DNA of 54,113 bases from the NCBI GenBank assembly GCA_964495045.1, contig CAZBUL010000001.1, positions 1-54,113 on the forward strand, written 5' to 3'. Source of the stretch: an uncultured Desulfobacterales bacterium (GTDB lineage Bacteria > Desulfobacterota > Desulfobacteria > Desulfobacterales > Desulfatirhabdiaceae). The notes below the pieces were generated by a model that worked only from the letters and a program-made list of their open reading frames with translations, did no database searches and had not been told where the DNA came from. The number at the start of each line of letters is the position of its first letter. Position 1 is the stretch's first letter. Shown here piece by piece: positions 10,517-19,187 of the stretch. A program made the position numbers and the translations under genes.

Positions 10517-10547
10517 TGAACCCTTTTTCAGGAAATATGGAGTTGCT

Positions 10548-11198
10548 ATGGATATCTTGCAAAAAAAGATTGTTCAGGTGTTTTCGGAGCTGGCGGAAGC
10601 CAATCGGATTCAGGCCGGCATCACCTCCCTGATCGACCGGCAGCCGCCCGTCTGCTGGATGGTCACCAGTGCTGCATGGGGAGAAGGAAAAACCACGATC
10701 ACTGCCGGACTGAGCATATTGGCGGCCCGAAGCAGCGACAAGCGGGTCCTTGCCGTCGATATGAACTGGTATTCCCCCGGTCTGCATCAATGTTTCGGAC
10801 TGACTCCCGGATGGAGTCTCCCGCAATTATCGAAAGACAACAATTTATCCACCCTTGTATGTGCATCGGGTTTTCCGCATCTGGATGTACTGACCGTTCC
10901 TGCCCTGAATGACAACGAAGAAACATCCGGTGCGGAATATGCCGGGCTGGCGCGGGAAATATTGAGCCAGGCCAAAAAAATGTATGATATAATTTTTGTG
11001 GATACGTCATCCGTGTTTCCGGCCAACCGGCGGATGACCGATCCGGTCGTACTGGGAAGCGCCTGCGATGCCGCCATCCTGGTGGTGCTGGTCGGTGTAA
11101 CCCCCCGCCAGCAGGTGAAGCAGGCGCAGGTGCGGTTGACGGGTTCCGGCACGCACGTGGCAGGTGTCGTCGTGAATAAATGGAAAAGCAGAATGTAA
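10548..11198 (+). CDS. Degenerate BY-kinase-like / MinD-fold P-loop protein (no tyrosine cluster)
   Basis: Walker A-like SAAWGEGKTT and Walker B-like IIFVDTSS are present. Walker A' is degenerate (VLAVDMNWY) and there are no C-terminal tyrosines (ends VVNKWKSRM). Confidence 0.65.
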   Translation: MDILQKKIVQVFSELAEANRIQAGITSLIDRQPPVCWMVTSAAWGEGKTTITAGLSILAARSSDKRVLAVDMNWYSPGLHQCFGLTPGWSLPQLSKDNNLSTLVCASGFPHLDVLTVPALNDNEETSGAEYAGLAREILSQAKKMYDIIFVDTSSVFPANRRMTDPVVLGSACDAAILVVLVGVTPRQQVKQAQVRLTGSGTHVAGVVVNKWKSRM

Positions 11199-11233
11199 GA
11201 AGTATCCTCCGTAAAAAAACGAAGAGGTGAATC

Positions 11234-12034
11234 ATGCAATATTATTTCAAACGATATCGTAATGGCATGCATCGGATCAAGCAATGGCTTCCTTTGGTTC
11301 TTCTGCCCGTATTTTTTTATCTGTTGACGGAAGCGGCATTGCCGGACAGGTTCTCGGTCCACCAACAAGTAGCTGTTCAGAAAACATCCCCCATCGCCCT
11401 CTCCCGAACACCCGTTGACTGCCTGCCCATGGCAGAGTTGCTCTCTCGCCCGGCGGAACTGTTTCTGGATGATTTCGCCCTGATGGATATGACCAAACAG
11501 ATCCAGAAAGGCGCGGTTCCGGCAGCCAACGATGCATCGGATTTGCGGGATTTGAAAGTTCTGATCGAAGGCTCCATGATGTTGAAGTCGAACAGCAATG
11601 AAATCGTTCAGGTGGGATACTACGGATCGGATGTCAATCAAGGCCGATTTTTCGTGAATTATTATTCTCAAAGACTGATGAGCCGTTCCAAAGAAGGAGT
11701 CGTTCGCACCATCAGAAATCAGAACCGGGCGCTGGAGTCCGGCAGCACCCCCCAGACACAGCCGCAAAATGCGGAAGGAAACAAGCCGGCGGCATTGGTT
11801 GGGGAACTCCAGATCCAAGAACACAGAGCCTTGTGGCGTTCGGAGCGGATAATGCCGTCCGGGGTGATACTTCTGGTCAGTCTGCTCATCTGGTGCATCG
11901 CCGCCGGCATCGCCGAGTGGCTGGACCCCTCTTTCAGTACAGAAAGACAGGTTTCCCGCTATCTGAATATTCCCGTGGTAGGCGTGGTACCCAATATGGG
12001 CCCGCTGATTCACCGCCTCGAATCGAAGAAATAA
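11234..12034 (+). CDS. Short PCP-like bitopic membrane protein (possible kinase adaptor)
   Basis: 266-aa ORF after GAGGTGA, with TM helices near both ends. Its C-terminal tail STERQVSRYLNIPVVGVVPN resembles the tail SDRSVRSAVVLTKNFGLPVLGSVPE of the PCP at 7989-9554. Confidence 0.5.
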   Translation: MQYYFKRYRNGMHRIKQWLPLVLLPVFFYLLTEAALPDRFSVHQQVAVQKTSPIALSRTPVDCLPMAELLSRPAELFLDDFALMDMTKQIQKGAVPAANDASDLRDLKVLIEGSMMLKSNSNEIVQVGYYGSDVNQGRFFVNYYSQRLMSRSKEGVVRTIRNQNRALESGSTPQTQPQNAEGNKPAALVGELQIQEHRALWRSERIMPSGVILLVSLLIWCIAAGIAEWLDPSFSTERQVSRYLNIPVVGVVPNMGPLIHRLESKK

Positions 12035-12055
12035 GGCATGGCTGCAAGAAGGCTG

Positions 12056-13042
12056 CTACCAGATGGTTCGACTCTCTGGCTTGCTGGTTATCAGGAATTC
12101 TCTCAGATCGCTCTGTGAATTCGTGATATTCAATTTTTTCCGGATGTTCTTTCGGTGCGTTTTGACCGTATCCACAGAGATGAAGAGCTGCTCGGCAATT
12201 TTATCGGTAGTCAGCCCTTTCTTGATCAAGGACGCCACTCGGGATTCGGCGGTGGTCAATATATTGGAAGTCGCGCCGGATGCGTTCGTTCCTGCTGTGA
12301 TATCCCGCAGCATGGAGATGATGATGTCCAACTCGATTCCATAGCGCGCCAGGTGATGATCCGAGCGAAGCCTGGTAACCGTGGGGATGACGCCCGATTC
12401 AATTTTCTGTCCGATCCGGTTCAGAATCTCAACGCGTTCGAAGTCAAGATTCTGGGCCAGCGTCGAAAAGGCCCGATTCGTTTCCAGAAGTCGTTCATTT
12501 AGAAATTCCAGCCGTTGTTTCTGCTCCTGCAACTGGAGATTTTTCAGTTGCAGATCCGCAACCATCTGCTTTTCGCTGCGTTCCTGATCCTGGATATGAA
12601 TCGCTCGATCCAACGCATGCCGCATCAATTCGGGGGCAATCGGTTTCTGAAGAAAATCGTAGGCCCCAGAGCGAATGGCTTCGATAACCGTATCCGTATC
12701 CGCATATCCGGTCATGACAATGACTTTGGATTCCGGGAAATTTTCCAATATCCGGGGAATCCAGTTCAGTGTCGTTCCGTGGGGCAGTCGCAGATCCAGC
12801 AGAAACACATTCGTAACAGGTGCGACTTGCATCAGATCTTCAAGCGAATACGGTTCGGGAAGGATATAAGGGATGAAATTCCACGAAGACAGCATGGCCT
12901 CCATGATATCGCAGATCATGGGATCATCATCGACAACAGCGATACGACATGGAGATGATTCATTCCGCGCGAATGTCCTTTCGTTCGGATCCTGTGTATC
13001 CAAATCGGTCACGCAACTGTCCAGAGTTGCCGCTGATTCCAT
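12056..13042 (-). CDS. Response regulator, REC + coiled-coil linker + LuxR/FixJ-type HTH
   Basis: REC motifs are present (VVDDD, acceptor Asp in FLLDLRLP, VIVMTGY, FLQKP). The C-terminal HTH reads LTTAESRVASLIKKGLTTDKIAEQLFISVDTVKTHRKNI. The first ATG (13042) follows GAAAGG. The ORF-track start at 13111 is a TTG in an AT-rich spacer. Confidence 0.85.
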   Translation of the reverse strand: MESAATLDSCVTDLDTQDPNERTFARNESSPCRIAVVDDDPMICDIMEAMLSSWNFIPYILPEPYSLEDLMQVAPVTNVFLLDLRLPHGTTLNWIPRILENFPESKVIVMTGYADTDTVIEAIRSGAYDFLQKPIAPELMRHALDRAIHIQDQERSEKQMVADLQLKNLQLQEQKQRLEFLNERLLETNRAFSTLAQNLDFERVEILNRIGQKIESGVIPTVTRLRSDHHLARYGIELDIIISMLRDITAGTNASGATSNILTTAESRVASLIKKGLTTDKIAEQLFISVDTVKTHRKNIRKKLNITNSQSDLREFLITSKPESRTIW

Positions 13043-13078
13043 GCTGCCATTCCTTTCTCTTTCTGCAGCAAAATTATT

Positions 13079-13125
13079 TTTCTGAATATCATATTTTATT
13101 CTTCTAAACAATTTCTGAATATCAT
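13079..13125 (-). promoter_or_regulatory. Two exact 14-nt direct repeats upstream of the regulator gene (candidate operator/promoter element)
   Basis: tttctgaatatcat occurs at 13079-13092 and 13112-13125 (mRNA sense ATGATATTCAGAAA), 33 nt start-to-start. Both copies lie inside the 84-nt Hsp70-like/regulator spacer. Confidence 0.3.
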
Positions 13126-13126
13126 G

Positions 13127-15934
13127 TCAAGAACATTGCGGTTCATCGCAACCGCCAAAACGATTGCTTCCGCCGTCCAGGATCAACCCCTGCGGCAGAT
13201 CTTCACCGAAAAGGGTACTGGTTTCCTGTTCCCGGAGGGGAACGGCTTCCGTCAAGACATGAAGCCGTTCTTCCGAAAACCCGATGCCTGACAGCCAATG
13301 GGTGATCCGATCGACACGGGCGGCATCCACATCCCGGGATCGATCTCCGGTTTTTCGTGCCAGATGCAGGAGGGCCTGCCCGGCCATGGGCGGATCGGGC
13401 CATGAACCGGATAGCAGGGCATCGATCCAGTCGTGAATCGCACTGGGCGGAAGCACCCGATCGATCGGGCCATAGAGAAGCTCTCTGGCACCGATCCGGG
13501 ACAACGCCCAGAACTGCTGCGGCCGAAGATTTTTGGATTGCAGATCGGCAAGAATCAGACGCCCCAGCCGGATTTTATCCTTGACAGCCAGGCGTTCCAT
13601 ACTGGCGGCGGCCATCTGGATTTCCAGATATTCCTGGGGAGATGTCCGCTTCCGGACGGCTTTGGGGGCAAACAGAAAAGGTGTCAGATCCTGAAAGAAC
13701 TGGCGCTGGTGCCCGGCACTGAGACCGCCGGCAATCCGCCGCCATAGAATCCACCATTCGGAGCGAACCTGGTTGTGACGGCTGTGAACAGGGCCGGTTT
13801 TATAAATCTTCCAGATCGACTTGATCCGATGTCCGTCGAATCCGTCACCCAGTCCGGGGCGCATACAGAAACCCAACAGATTCAACCATCTGATTTCAAA
13901 ATCGGGTGCCGCGATCCGGGCCTGAATGAGTGACAGCAGCACATCGGCCATGCCGCGGATAAATCCCAACGGCCATTTTTCGCGGGGCCGCTCGATGATC
14001 CCGGAAATATCCTTGACCAATGCGTTGAGGAGCGGCCCGGGCACAGACTGCAAGAATGCTGTGCGTAAGGCATCGTGAACCGCTTCAACCCGTGACGCCT
14101 CGAAAATCTCGGTATCGGTGATGGTTGGCCCGCTGCCGGCATCCCGCAACTGAAAATGCAGTTTCCAGCGATGATCGCTGATGCGGGAATGACATCCCAA
14201 TGCCAGTGTTCCGATTTCGGTATAGCCGGCTTCGATCGATACGGGTATCCGAATCTGTTCGCCTTTTTTTCCATATTGAATAACTGTCTGGATGGACGGC
14301 AGTTGGGTTAAGGAATCATCGACGGTGATCAACTGACCACAACGGTCGCCGGAACGAAAACTCGAACTGTACAGATCGAAACTGACGGGTTGATTCGTCA
14401 GCACCTGAAAATCCTGTCCTTCCAGTTCCATTCGGCTGCCTTCGTCCAGACCGCGCTCGACCAGGCAGACTGCCTGATTTCCCATGCCCGGATCGGCCGT
14501 GGCAACACCGATATAGTAGGAACGCGGGCTGCCGCTGCCAACCCGAACCCCGCGGCCGGTCTTGACGAGCCCATAATACGCCGCACCCAGGGCCACCGCC
14601 AGATCGGGATCGGGATTGTCCAAAACCCGCGGCAGAGCGGGATCGTTTTGACCGAACCAGCGGCGGATGGCCTGACGGATGCGCTCCTGGATCACCGAGG
14701 GTTTCAGCGCGCCGCCGTTGAACAGAATGCAGTCTGGCGCACGGGAAATTTCGGCTTGATGGCGGCTCATAAACCAGCCCAGATGGCGGGTGATGGCAGG
14801 CTCCGGCTCATAAGGCAGGCCGAATTCCGTAATCCCTTTTCGAGATGCGGATGTTGGTGGATGGGGATCGGGGTCGAGCAGCGGAAAGAATCCATCCATC
14901 AGAATGGATTCAACGCCGGCGATATCCAGCTCTGCCGACAAGGTGCCGCTGATCAATCGGCTGCCTTCTCCCATGATGGTGATTTTTCGGGATGTTACCG
15001 TATGGTCAAGAAGCATTTCCTTGGCCTGTCGGCATTGATGACACAGGGTCTTCCAGCGGTCTCCGGTCAATGCCGCTTTTTTGCCCAACCGCATTTCGAT
15101 GCTGCGGGCCAGGGCCAGATCCATATTATCACCGCCCAAAATCAAGTGATCGCCAACGGCGATCCGCTCGAACCGCGGGCTTCCGGCGGATTCCCTCAAA
15201 GAGATGAGGGTGAAATCGGTGGTGCCGCCGCCCACATCACAGACCAAAATGAGCTCGTCGGGTGAAACGTACCGGCTCCAGCGGTTCTCATTTCGGATGA
15301 GCCAACTGTAGAAAGCGGCCAACGGCTCTTCGAGCAGGATGACATTATTGAGACCTGCCGCAGCAGCCGCTTCGACGGTCAGTTCCCGGGCAACTTCATC
15401 GAAGGATGCCGGAACCGTCAGCACAATGAGTTGATGTTCGAGATACTGATCCGGATCATCGCCCCGAAAACTGTTCCATGCAGACCGGATGTGCGCCAGA
15501 TAGGCGGCGGTTGCCTGAACCGGAGAAACCCCATACACATCGCTGTCGGACCCCCACGGCAGAATGCGGGCCCGGCGATCCACATGGGGATGACAGAGCC
15601 AGCTTTTGGCCGAAGACACCAGGCGGGACGGAATTTTGGCGCCATGATCCCGTGCAAAGGCGCCAACGACCTGCGGCCGATCCGAATCGGCCGCGGTGCC
15701 GGACCAGGGCAGTTGCAAGGCTTCCGCAGACAAATCGTAAGTGCCGGGAAGATAGAGAAAGGAGGGCAGCACCGGAAGCCGTGAGACTTCACCAGCACCG
15801 GTCAATTGAGGGATTTTGAACAGCCGGATCTCGGCGGCATTTTCCTTGCCGCCCTCCAGGTCGGCGTAAGCAACCGCACAATTGGTGGTTCCCAGATCGA
15901 TACCAACCACAAAATGTTTATCAACAGACTCCAC
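13127..15934 (-). CDS. Atypical long Hsp70-family (actin-like ATPase) protein with a large C-terminal helical extension
   Basis: 935-aa ORF with a GTG start after AGGAGA. Hsp70 ATPase motifs are present (VVGIDLGTTNCAVAY, DVGGGTTDFTLI, ILFNGGALKP). A beta-rich SBD-like middle follows. The last ~330 aa are helical and Trp/Arg-rich (WWILWRRIAGGL), which is unlike DnaK. Confidence 0.8.
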   Translation of the reverse strand: MESVDKHFVVGIDLGTTNCAVAYADLEGGKENAAEIRLFKIPQLTGAGEVSRLPVLPSFLYLPGTYDLSAEALQLPWSGTAADSDRPQVVGAFARDHGAKIPSRLVSSAKSWLCHPHVDRRARILPWGSDSDVYGVSPVQATAAYLAHIRSAWNSFRGDDPDQYLEHQLIVLTVPASFDEVARELTVEAAAAAGLNNVILLEEPLAAFYSWLIRNENRWSRYVSPDELILVCDVGGGTTDFTLISLRESAGSPRFERIAVGDHLILGGDNMDLALARSIEMRLGKKAALTGDRWKTLCHQCRQAKEMLLDHTVTSRKITIMGEGSRLISGTLSAELDIAGVESILMDGFFPLLDPDPHPPTSASRKGITEFGLPYEPEPAITRHLGWFMSRHQAEISRAPDCILFNGGALKPSVIQERIRQAIRRWFGQNDPALPRVLDNPDPDLAVALGAAYYGLVKTGRGVRVGSGSPRSYYIGVATADPGMGNQAVCLVERGLDEGSRMELEGQDFQVLTNQPVSFDLYSSSFRSGDRCGQLITVDDSLTQLPSIQTVIQYGKKGEQIRIPVSIEAGYTEIGTLALGCHSRISDHRWKLHFQLRDAGSGPTITDTEIFEASRVEAVHDALRTAFLQSVPGPLLNALVKDISGIIERPREKWPLGFIRGMADVLLSLIQARIAAPDFEIRWLNLLGFCMRPGLGDGFDGHRIKSIWKIYKTGPVHSRHNQVRSEWWILWRRIAGGLSAGHQRQFFQDLTPFLFAPKAVRKRTSPQEYLEIQMAAASMERLAVKDKIRLGRLILADLQSKNLRPQQFWALSRIGARELLYGPIDRVLPPSAIHDWIDALLSGSWPDPPMAGQALLHLARKTGDRSRDVDAARVDRITHWLSGIGFSEERLHVLTEAVPLREQETSTLFGEDLPQGLILDGGSNRFGGCDEPQCS

Positions 15935-15943
15935 AGTCTCTCC

Positions 15944-16888
15944 TCATGGGTCCGTCCGGGGTGCTATATGGGAAACCAGCGTTTCTTCGGGCTGGGAATC
16001 CGGTTGAAGCTGGACGACAAGCATGCCCCCCAGCATGAGACCACAACCGATAACCGCCCGCAGAGACAGGACTTCTCCCAGCAGCAACCACCCGGAAACG
16101 GCAGCAAAAACAGTTTCAAGGCTCAAAATAATGGATGCATGCACCGGCGGGGCATCTTTTTGGGCCACGACCTGTAAGGTGTAAGCGATACCGACAGACA
16201 TCAGTCCGCCATAGAGAATCGGCAGCATTCCGTCCTGAATGCCGGTCAACGTGATGGTCTCGGTTGCAACGGCCGTTGTCAGGCTCACCAAGGCACACAC
16301 CAAAAACTGAGCACATGCCAGTTTGATAGTATCCATTGTCGGAGACAGCCGTCCGAGAATGAGTACATGAACTGCCCAGAAAAAAGCACTGGCCAGAACC
16401 CATAAATCTCCGTTTTCAATATGGAGCGCATCCGTTACACACAGGAGATACATCCCTGCAGTTGCCAGGCTGGCACCGGCCCATCCACTCCAGCCCGTTC
16501 TCTGCCCCAGAAACAGGCCAATGATCGGCACCAGAATGACATACAGGCCGGTGATGAACCCGCCTTTTCCAGCGGTGGTGTGGACCATGCCGATTTGCTG
16601 CAGACTGGCGCCGCAGAAAAGGACAACGCCAATCAGCAGGCCTTTCATCATAAAAGACGTGGAGAAAAAGGAATAACCCGCATCCGGGCGCGTTCCGTAT
16701 CGCCGGCTGCGGAATACAATCAAGGGAAGGAGGGCACAGGCCCCGAGCAGGAATCGAATGCCATTGAACGTGAACGGGCCGACATGACGCATCCCGGCTC
16801 GCTGCGCCACAAAAGCGCATCCCCAGATCAGGGCTGTCAGCAGCAGCAGCCAGTCTGCCCGCCATATCCGCCGATTCCCGGATTTCAT
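15944..16888 (-). CDS. EamA/DMT-family transporter
   Basis: 314-aa protein with about 10 TM helices and a two-fold EamA-like repeat. Its stop codon sits inside the SD region of the downstream Hsp70-like gene. Confidence 0.8.
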   Translation of the reverse strand: MKSGNRRIWRADWLLLLTALIWGCAFVAQRAGMRHVGPFTFNGIRFLLGACALLPLIVFRSRRYGTRPDAGYSFFSTSFMMKGLLIGVVLFCGASLQQIGMVHTTAGKGGFITGLYVILVPIIGLFLGQRTGWSGWAGASLATAGMYLLCVTDALHIENGDLWVLASAFFWAVHVLILGRLSPTMDTIKLACAQFLVCALVSLTTAVATETITLTGIQDGMLPILYGGLMSVGIAYTLQVVAQKDAPPVHASIILSLETVFAAVSGWLLLGEVLSLRAVIGCGLMLGGMLVVQLQPDSQPEETLVSHIAPRTDP

Positions 16889-16900
16889 TCATTCACCTGC

Positions 16901-17602
16901 TTATCCGTTCGCCTCAGGTGTGCGGAGATGACCGGTAAAGCGATATTCCACTTTGCGAAAAACGAAGAGAATTCCGTAAACCAGAATCAGATAGAATATG
17001 GCGGCAGTAATATACACTTCATAGAAGGCGAAACTGCGGGAAGCGATGAGCCGGGCAGCGCCGGTAATGTCCATGATGGTGATGATGGACACCAGAGAGG
17101 TCGCTTGCAGTAAAAAAACCACTTCATTGGTGTATGCCGGCCAGGCCAGTCGAAAAGCTTTGGGAAGGATGATCCGGCGGTAGAGCAGAAGACCGGACAT
17201 CCCGCAGGCTTTGGCCGCTTCGATTTCTCCGTAAGGGATGGCCTCGATGCCGCCACGCAGAATTTCACATGTATAGGCAGCGGTATTGAGGGTCAGGGTC
17301 AACACGGCACAAAAAGCGGCTTCCTGAAAAAAAGTCCAGAGTCCAACCTTCGTCAAAAAGGACTGAAACTGCCCGCTGCCGTAATAGACCAGAAATATCT
17401 GCACCAACAGCGGTGTTCCCCGAAAATAAAAATTGAAGGCATATACCGGCATCCACAACAGGGGGTTGCGGTGGGTTCTCATCACCGCGAACGGCACCGC
17501 CAGGAACAACCCGACCGCCACACTGGCTGCCGTCAATTCCAATGTCACCACCGTTCCGTGGAGGAGCCGGGGAATACTTTCCTGTATTATGGACAGTTCC
17601 AT
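16901..17602 (-). CDS. Polar amino-acid ABC transporter permease (HisM-like)
   Basis: 233-aa membrane protein with an EAA-loop motif (EAAKACGMSGLLLYRRIILPKA). Confidence 0.85.
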   Translation of the reverse strand: MELSIIQESIPRLLHGTVVTLELTAASVAVGLFLAVPFAVMRTHRNPLLWMPVYAFNFYFRGTPLLVQIFLVYYGSGQFQSFLTKVGLWTFFQEAAFCAVLTLTLNTAAYTCEILRGGIEAIPYGEIEAAKACGMSGLLLYRRIILPKAFRLAWPAYTNEVVFLLQATSLVSIITIMDITGAARLIASRSFAFYEVYITAAIFYLILVYGILFVFRKVEYRFTGHLRTPEANG

Positions 17603-17609
17603 CGATACG

Positions 17610-18290
17610 TTACGCCTTTCGAATTCCCCGATTGGCCCAGGTCTCGGCCCGCTGCTGAATCGTCATGGAAACGACCGTTATCAGCAGATAGATCAGGGAC
17701 GCGGCAAAATAACAGGTAAACGGCAGCCGGGTGGCGCGGGAGGCAATGTCGGCATTGCGCATCAACTCTGGGAGCTGGATCACCGACACCAGGGCCGTTG
17801 CCTTGATCAGAACCATCCAGACATTGCCCAGCCCTGGCAGTGCAAAGCGCCACATCTGAGGCAGCAGGATGCGGCGAAACAACAGAATCCGGCTCATTCC
17901 CGCTGCCTTTGCGGCTTCAATCTGCCCGCGCGGCACAGACAAATAGCTGCCCCGAAAGACTTCCGTGGAGAAAGCACCGTAAATGAAACCGATCGTGGCC
18001 ACGCCGGCGATCAGGGGGTTGAAATCGATCTCGATGTCGAAAGCATCCTGAATCAGCGTGGGCACCCCATAATACACCAAAAGGATCATCACCAGCTCCG
18101 GAACGCCGCGGATCATGGTGGTATAGATACCTGCCAGCGTCCGGGCGACCCGTGAATCGGACAGTTTGCCCCATGCCCCGATTAATCCGAGCAAAATGGC
18201 CGCAGCCATGGACAACACACCGACCATGACGGTCAACTGAACGCCTTCCCAGAGCATCCAGCCGTAGCCCTTCAGGTCAAACAGTGGCAT
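17610..18290 (-). CDS. Polar amino-acid ABC transporter permease (HisQ-like)
   Basis: EAA motif (EAAKAAGMSRILLFRRILLPQ). ATG 18290 follows GGGAGGGG. The ORF-track start at 18350 would overlap the upstream gene. Confidence 0.85.
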   Translation of the reverse strand: MPLFDLKGYGWMLWEGVQLTVMVGVLSMAAAILLGLIGAWGKLSDSRVARTLAGIYTTMIRGVPELVMILLVYYGVPTLIQDAFDIEIDFNPLIAGVATIGFIYGAFSTEVFRGSYLSVPRGQIEAAKAAGMSRILLFRRILLPQMWRFALPGLGNVWMVLIKATALVSVIQLPELMRNADIASRATRLPFTCYFAASLIYLLITVVSMTIQQRAETWANRGIRKA

Positions 18291-18346
18291 CGCCCCTCCC
18301 GATACCGGCCTGAAGCCGAATGATTGATGGTTTTTCTGAAAGTCTA

Positions 18347-19132
18347 TCACTGTCCGTAAACATCGAAATCAAAATATTTGGCATTGATTTTCTGATATTC
18401 ACCGGTGGCACGGATACCGTCGATGGCTTTGTTCAGTTTTTGGCGGAGTTCGTTGTCGCCTTTTCGAATCGCGATGCCCACACCGTCTCCAAACCATTGT
18501 TTATCCACATAACTGGGTCCGACAAATTCATAATTCTTGCCGGCTTCGGTGGCCAGGAATCCGCCCAGCATCACGGTGGCATCGGCAATGACCAGATCGA
18601 GACGTCCGGAAACCAGATCCATGTCGGCCTCATCCTGGGTGGCATAGGACTTGACCGTTACCGCATCGCCGAACATATCCCGGACAAAATTCTCATGAAT
18701 GGTTGCCCGCTGCACCCCCACCGTTTTCCCTTTGAGACCTTCCTTGCTGATGGTGATGCCAGCGCCTTTCTTGACGACAAACCGGGCGGGGGTTTGATAA
18801 TACTTGTTGGTAAAATCGACTTTTTGTTTGCGTTCGTCGGTGATGGACATGGAAGCCACGATGGCATCGAATTTTTTCGACATCAGGCCGGGGATCAGAC
18901 CATCCCAATCCTGAATCTTGAATTCGCACACCACTCCCGCTTCCTTGCACAGCGCATTGGCGATATCGATATCGAAGCCGACAACTTTTCCGTTTTTATC
19001 CATGTAATTGAACGGCGGGTAGGCGCCTTCGGTGCCGATACGCAGTTTTTTCTTTGCATCCGCCGCAACGGCCGATCCCGCCCAGCAACCCAATAGAACC
19101 GCAGCCAGAAAGACAATACTCCATTTTTTCAT
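18347..19132 (-). CDS. Periplasmic polar amino-acid-binding protein (LAO/HisJ/ArgT-like)
   Basis: Signal peptide followed by a type-2 SBP_bac_3-like sequence (LRIGTEGAYPPFNY...GFDIDIANALC). Confidence 0.85.
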   Translation of the reverse strand: MKKWSIVFLAAVLLGCWAGSAVAADAKKKLRIGTEGAYPPFNYMDKNGKVVGFDIDIANALCKEAGVVCEFKIQDWDGLIPGLMSKKFDAIVASMSITDERKQKVDFTNKYYQTPARFVVKKGAGITISKEGLKGKTVGVQRATIHENFVRDMFGDAVTVKSYATQDEADMDLVSGRLDLVIADATVMLGGFLATEAGKNYEFVGPSYVDKQWFGDGVGIAIRKGDNELRQKLNKAIDGIRATGEYQKINAKYFDFDVYGQ

Positions 19133-19187
19133 GATTCACCTCGTTCAATGCATTGTGTTGAAAAATCCGGGAAAAATTCCTTATCGA

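Noticed and set aside
10787-12013. 408-aa minus-strand ORF overlapping two plus-strand ORFs in the EPS locus.
   Set aside because: The plus-strand ORFs have SD sequences, P-loop motifs and TM/PCP-like features, and they fit the co-directional operon. The minus-strand product is featureless and Arg/Gly/Pro-rich.
18332-18348. Near-copy (15/17) of the 17-mer inverted-repeat arm from 10500-10516, located at the end of the binding-protein gene.
   Set aside because: It overlaps coding sequence and the stop codon. Related strings (ctgaaagtcaat, gactttcag) also occur inside other genes, so it is probably chance. A genome-wide motif count would settle the question.
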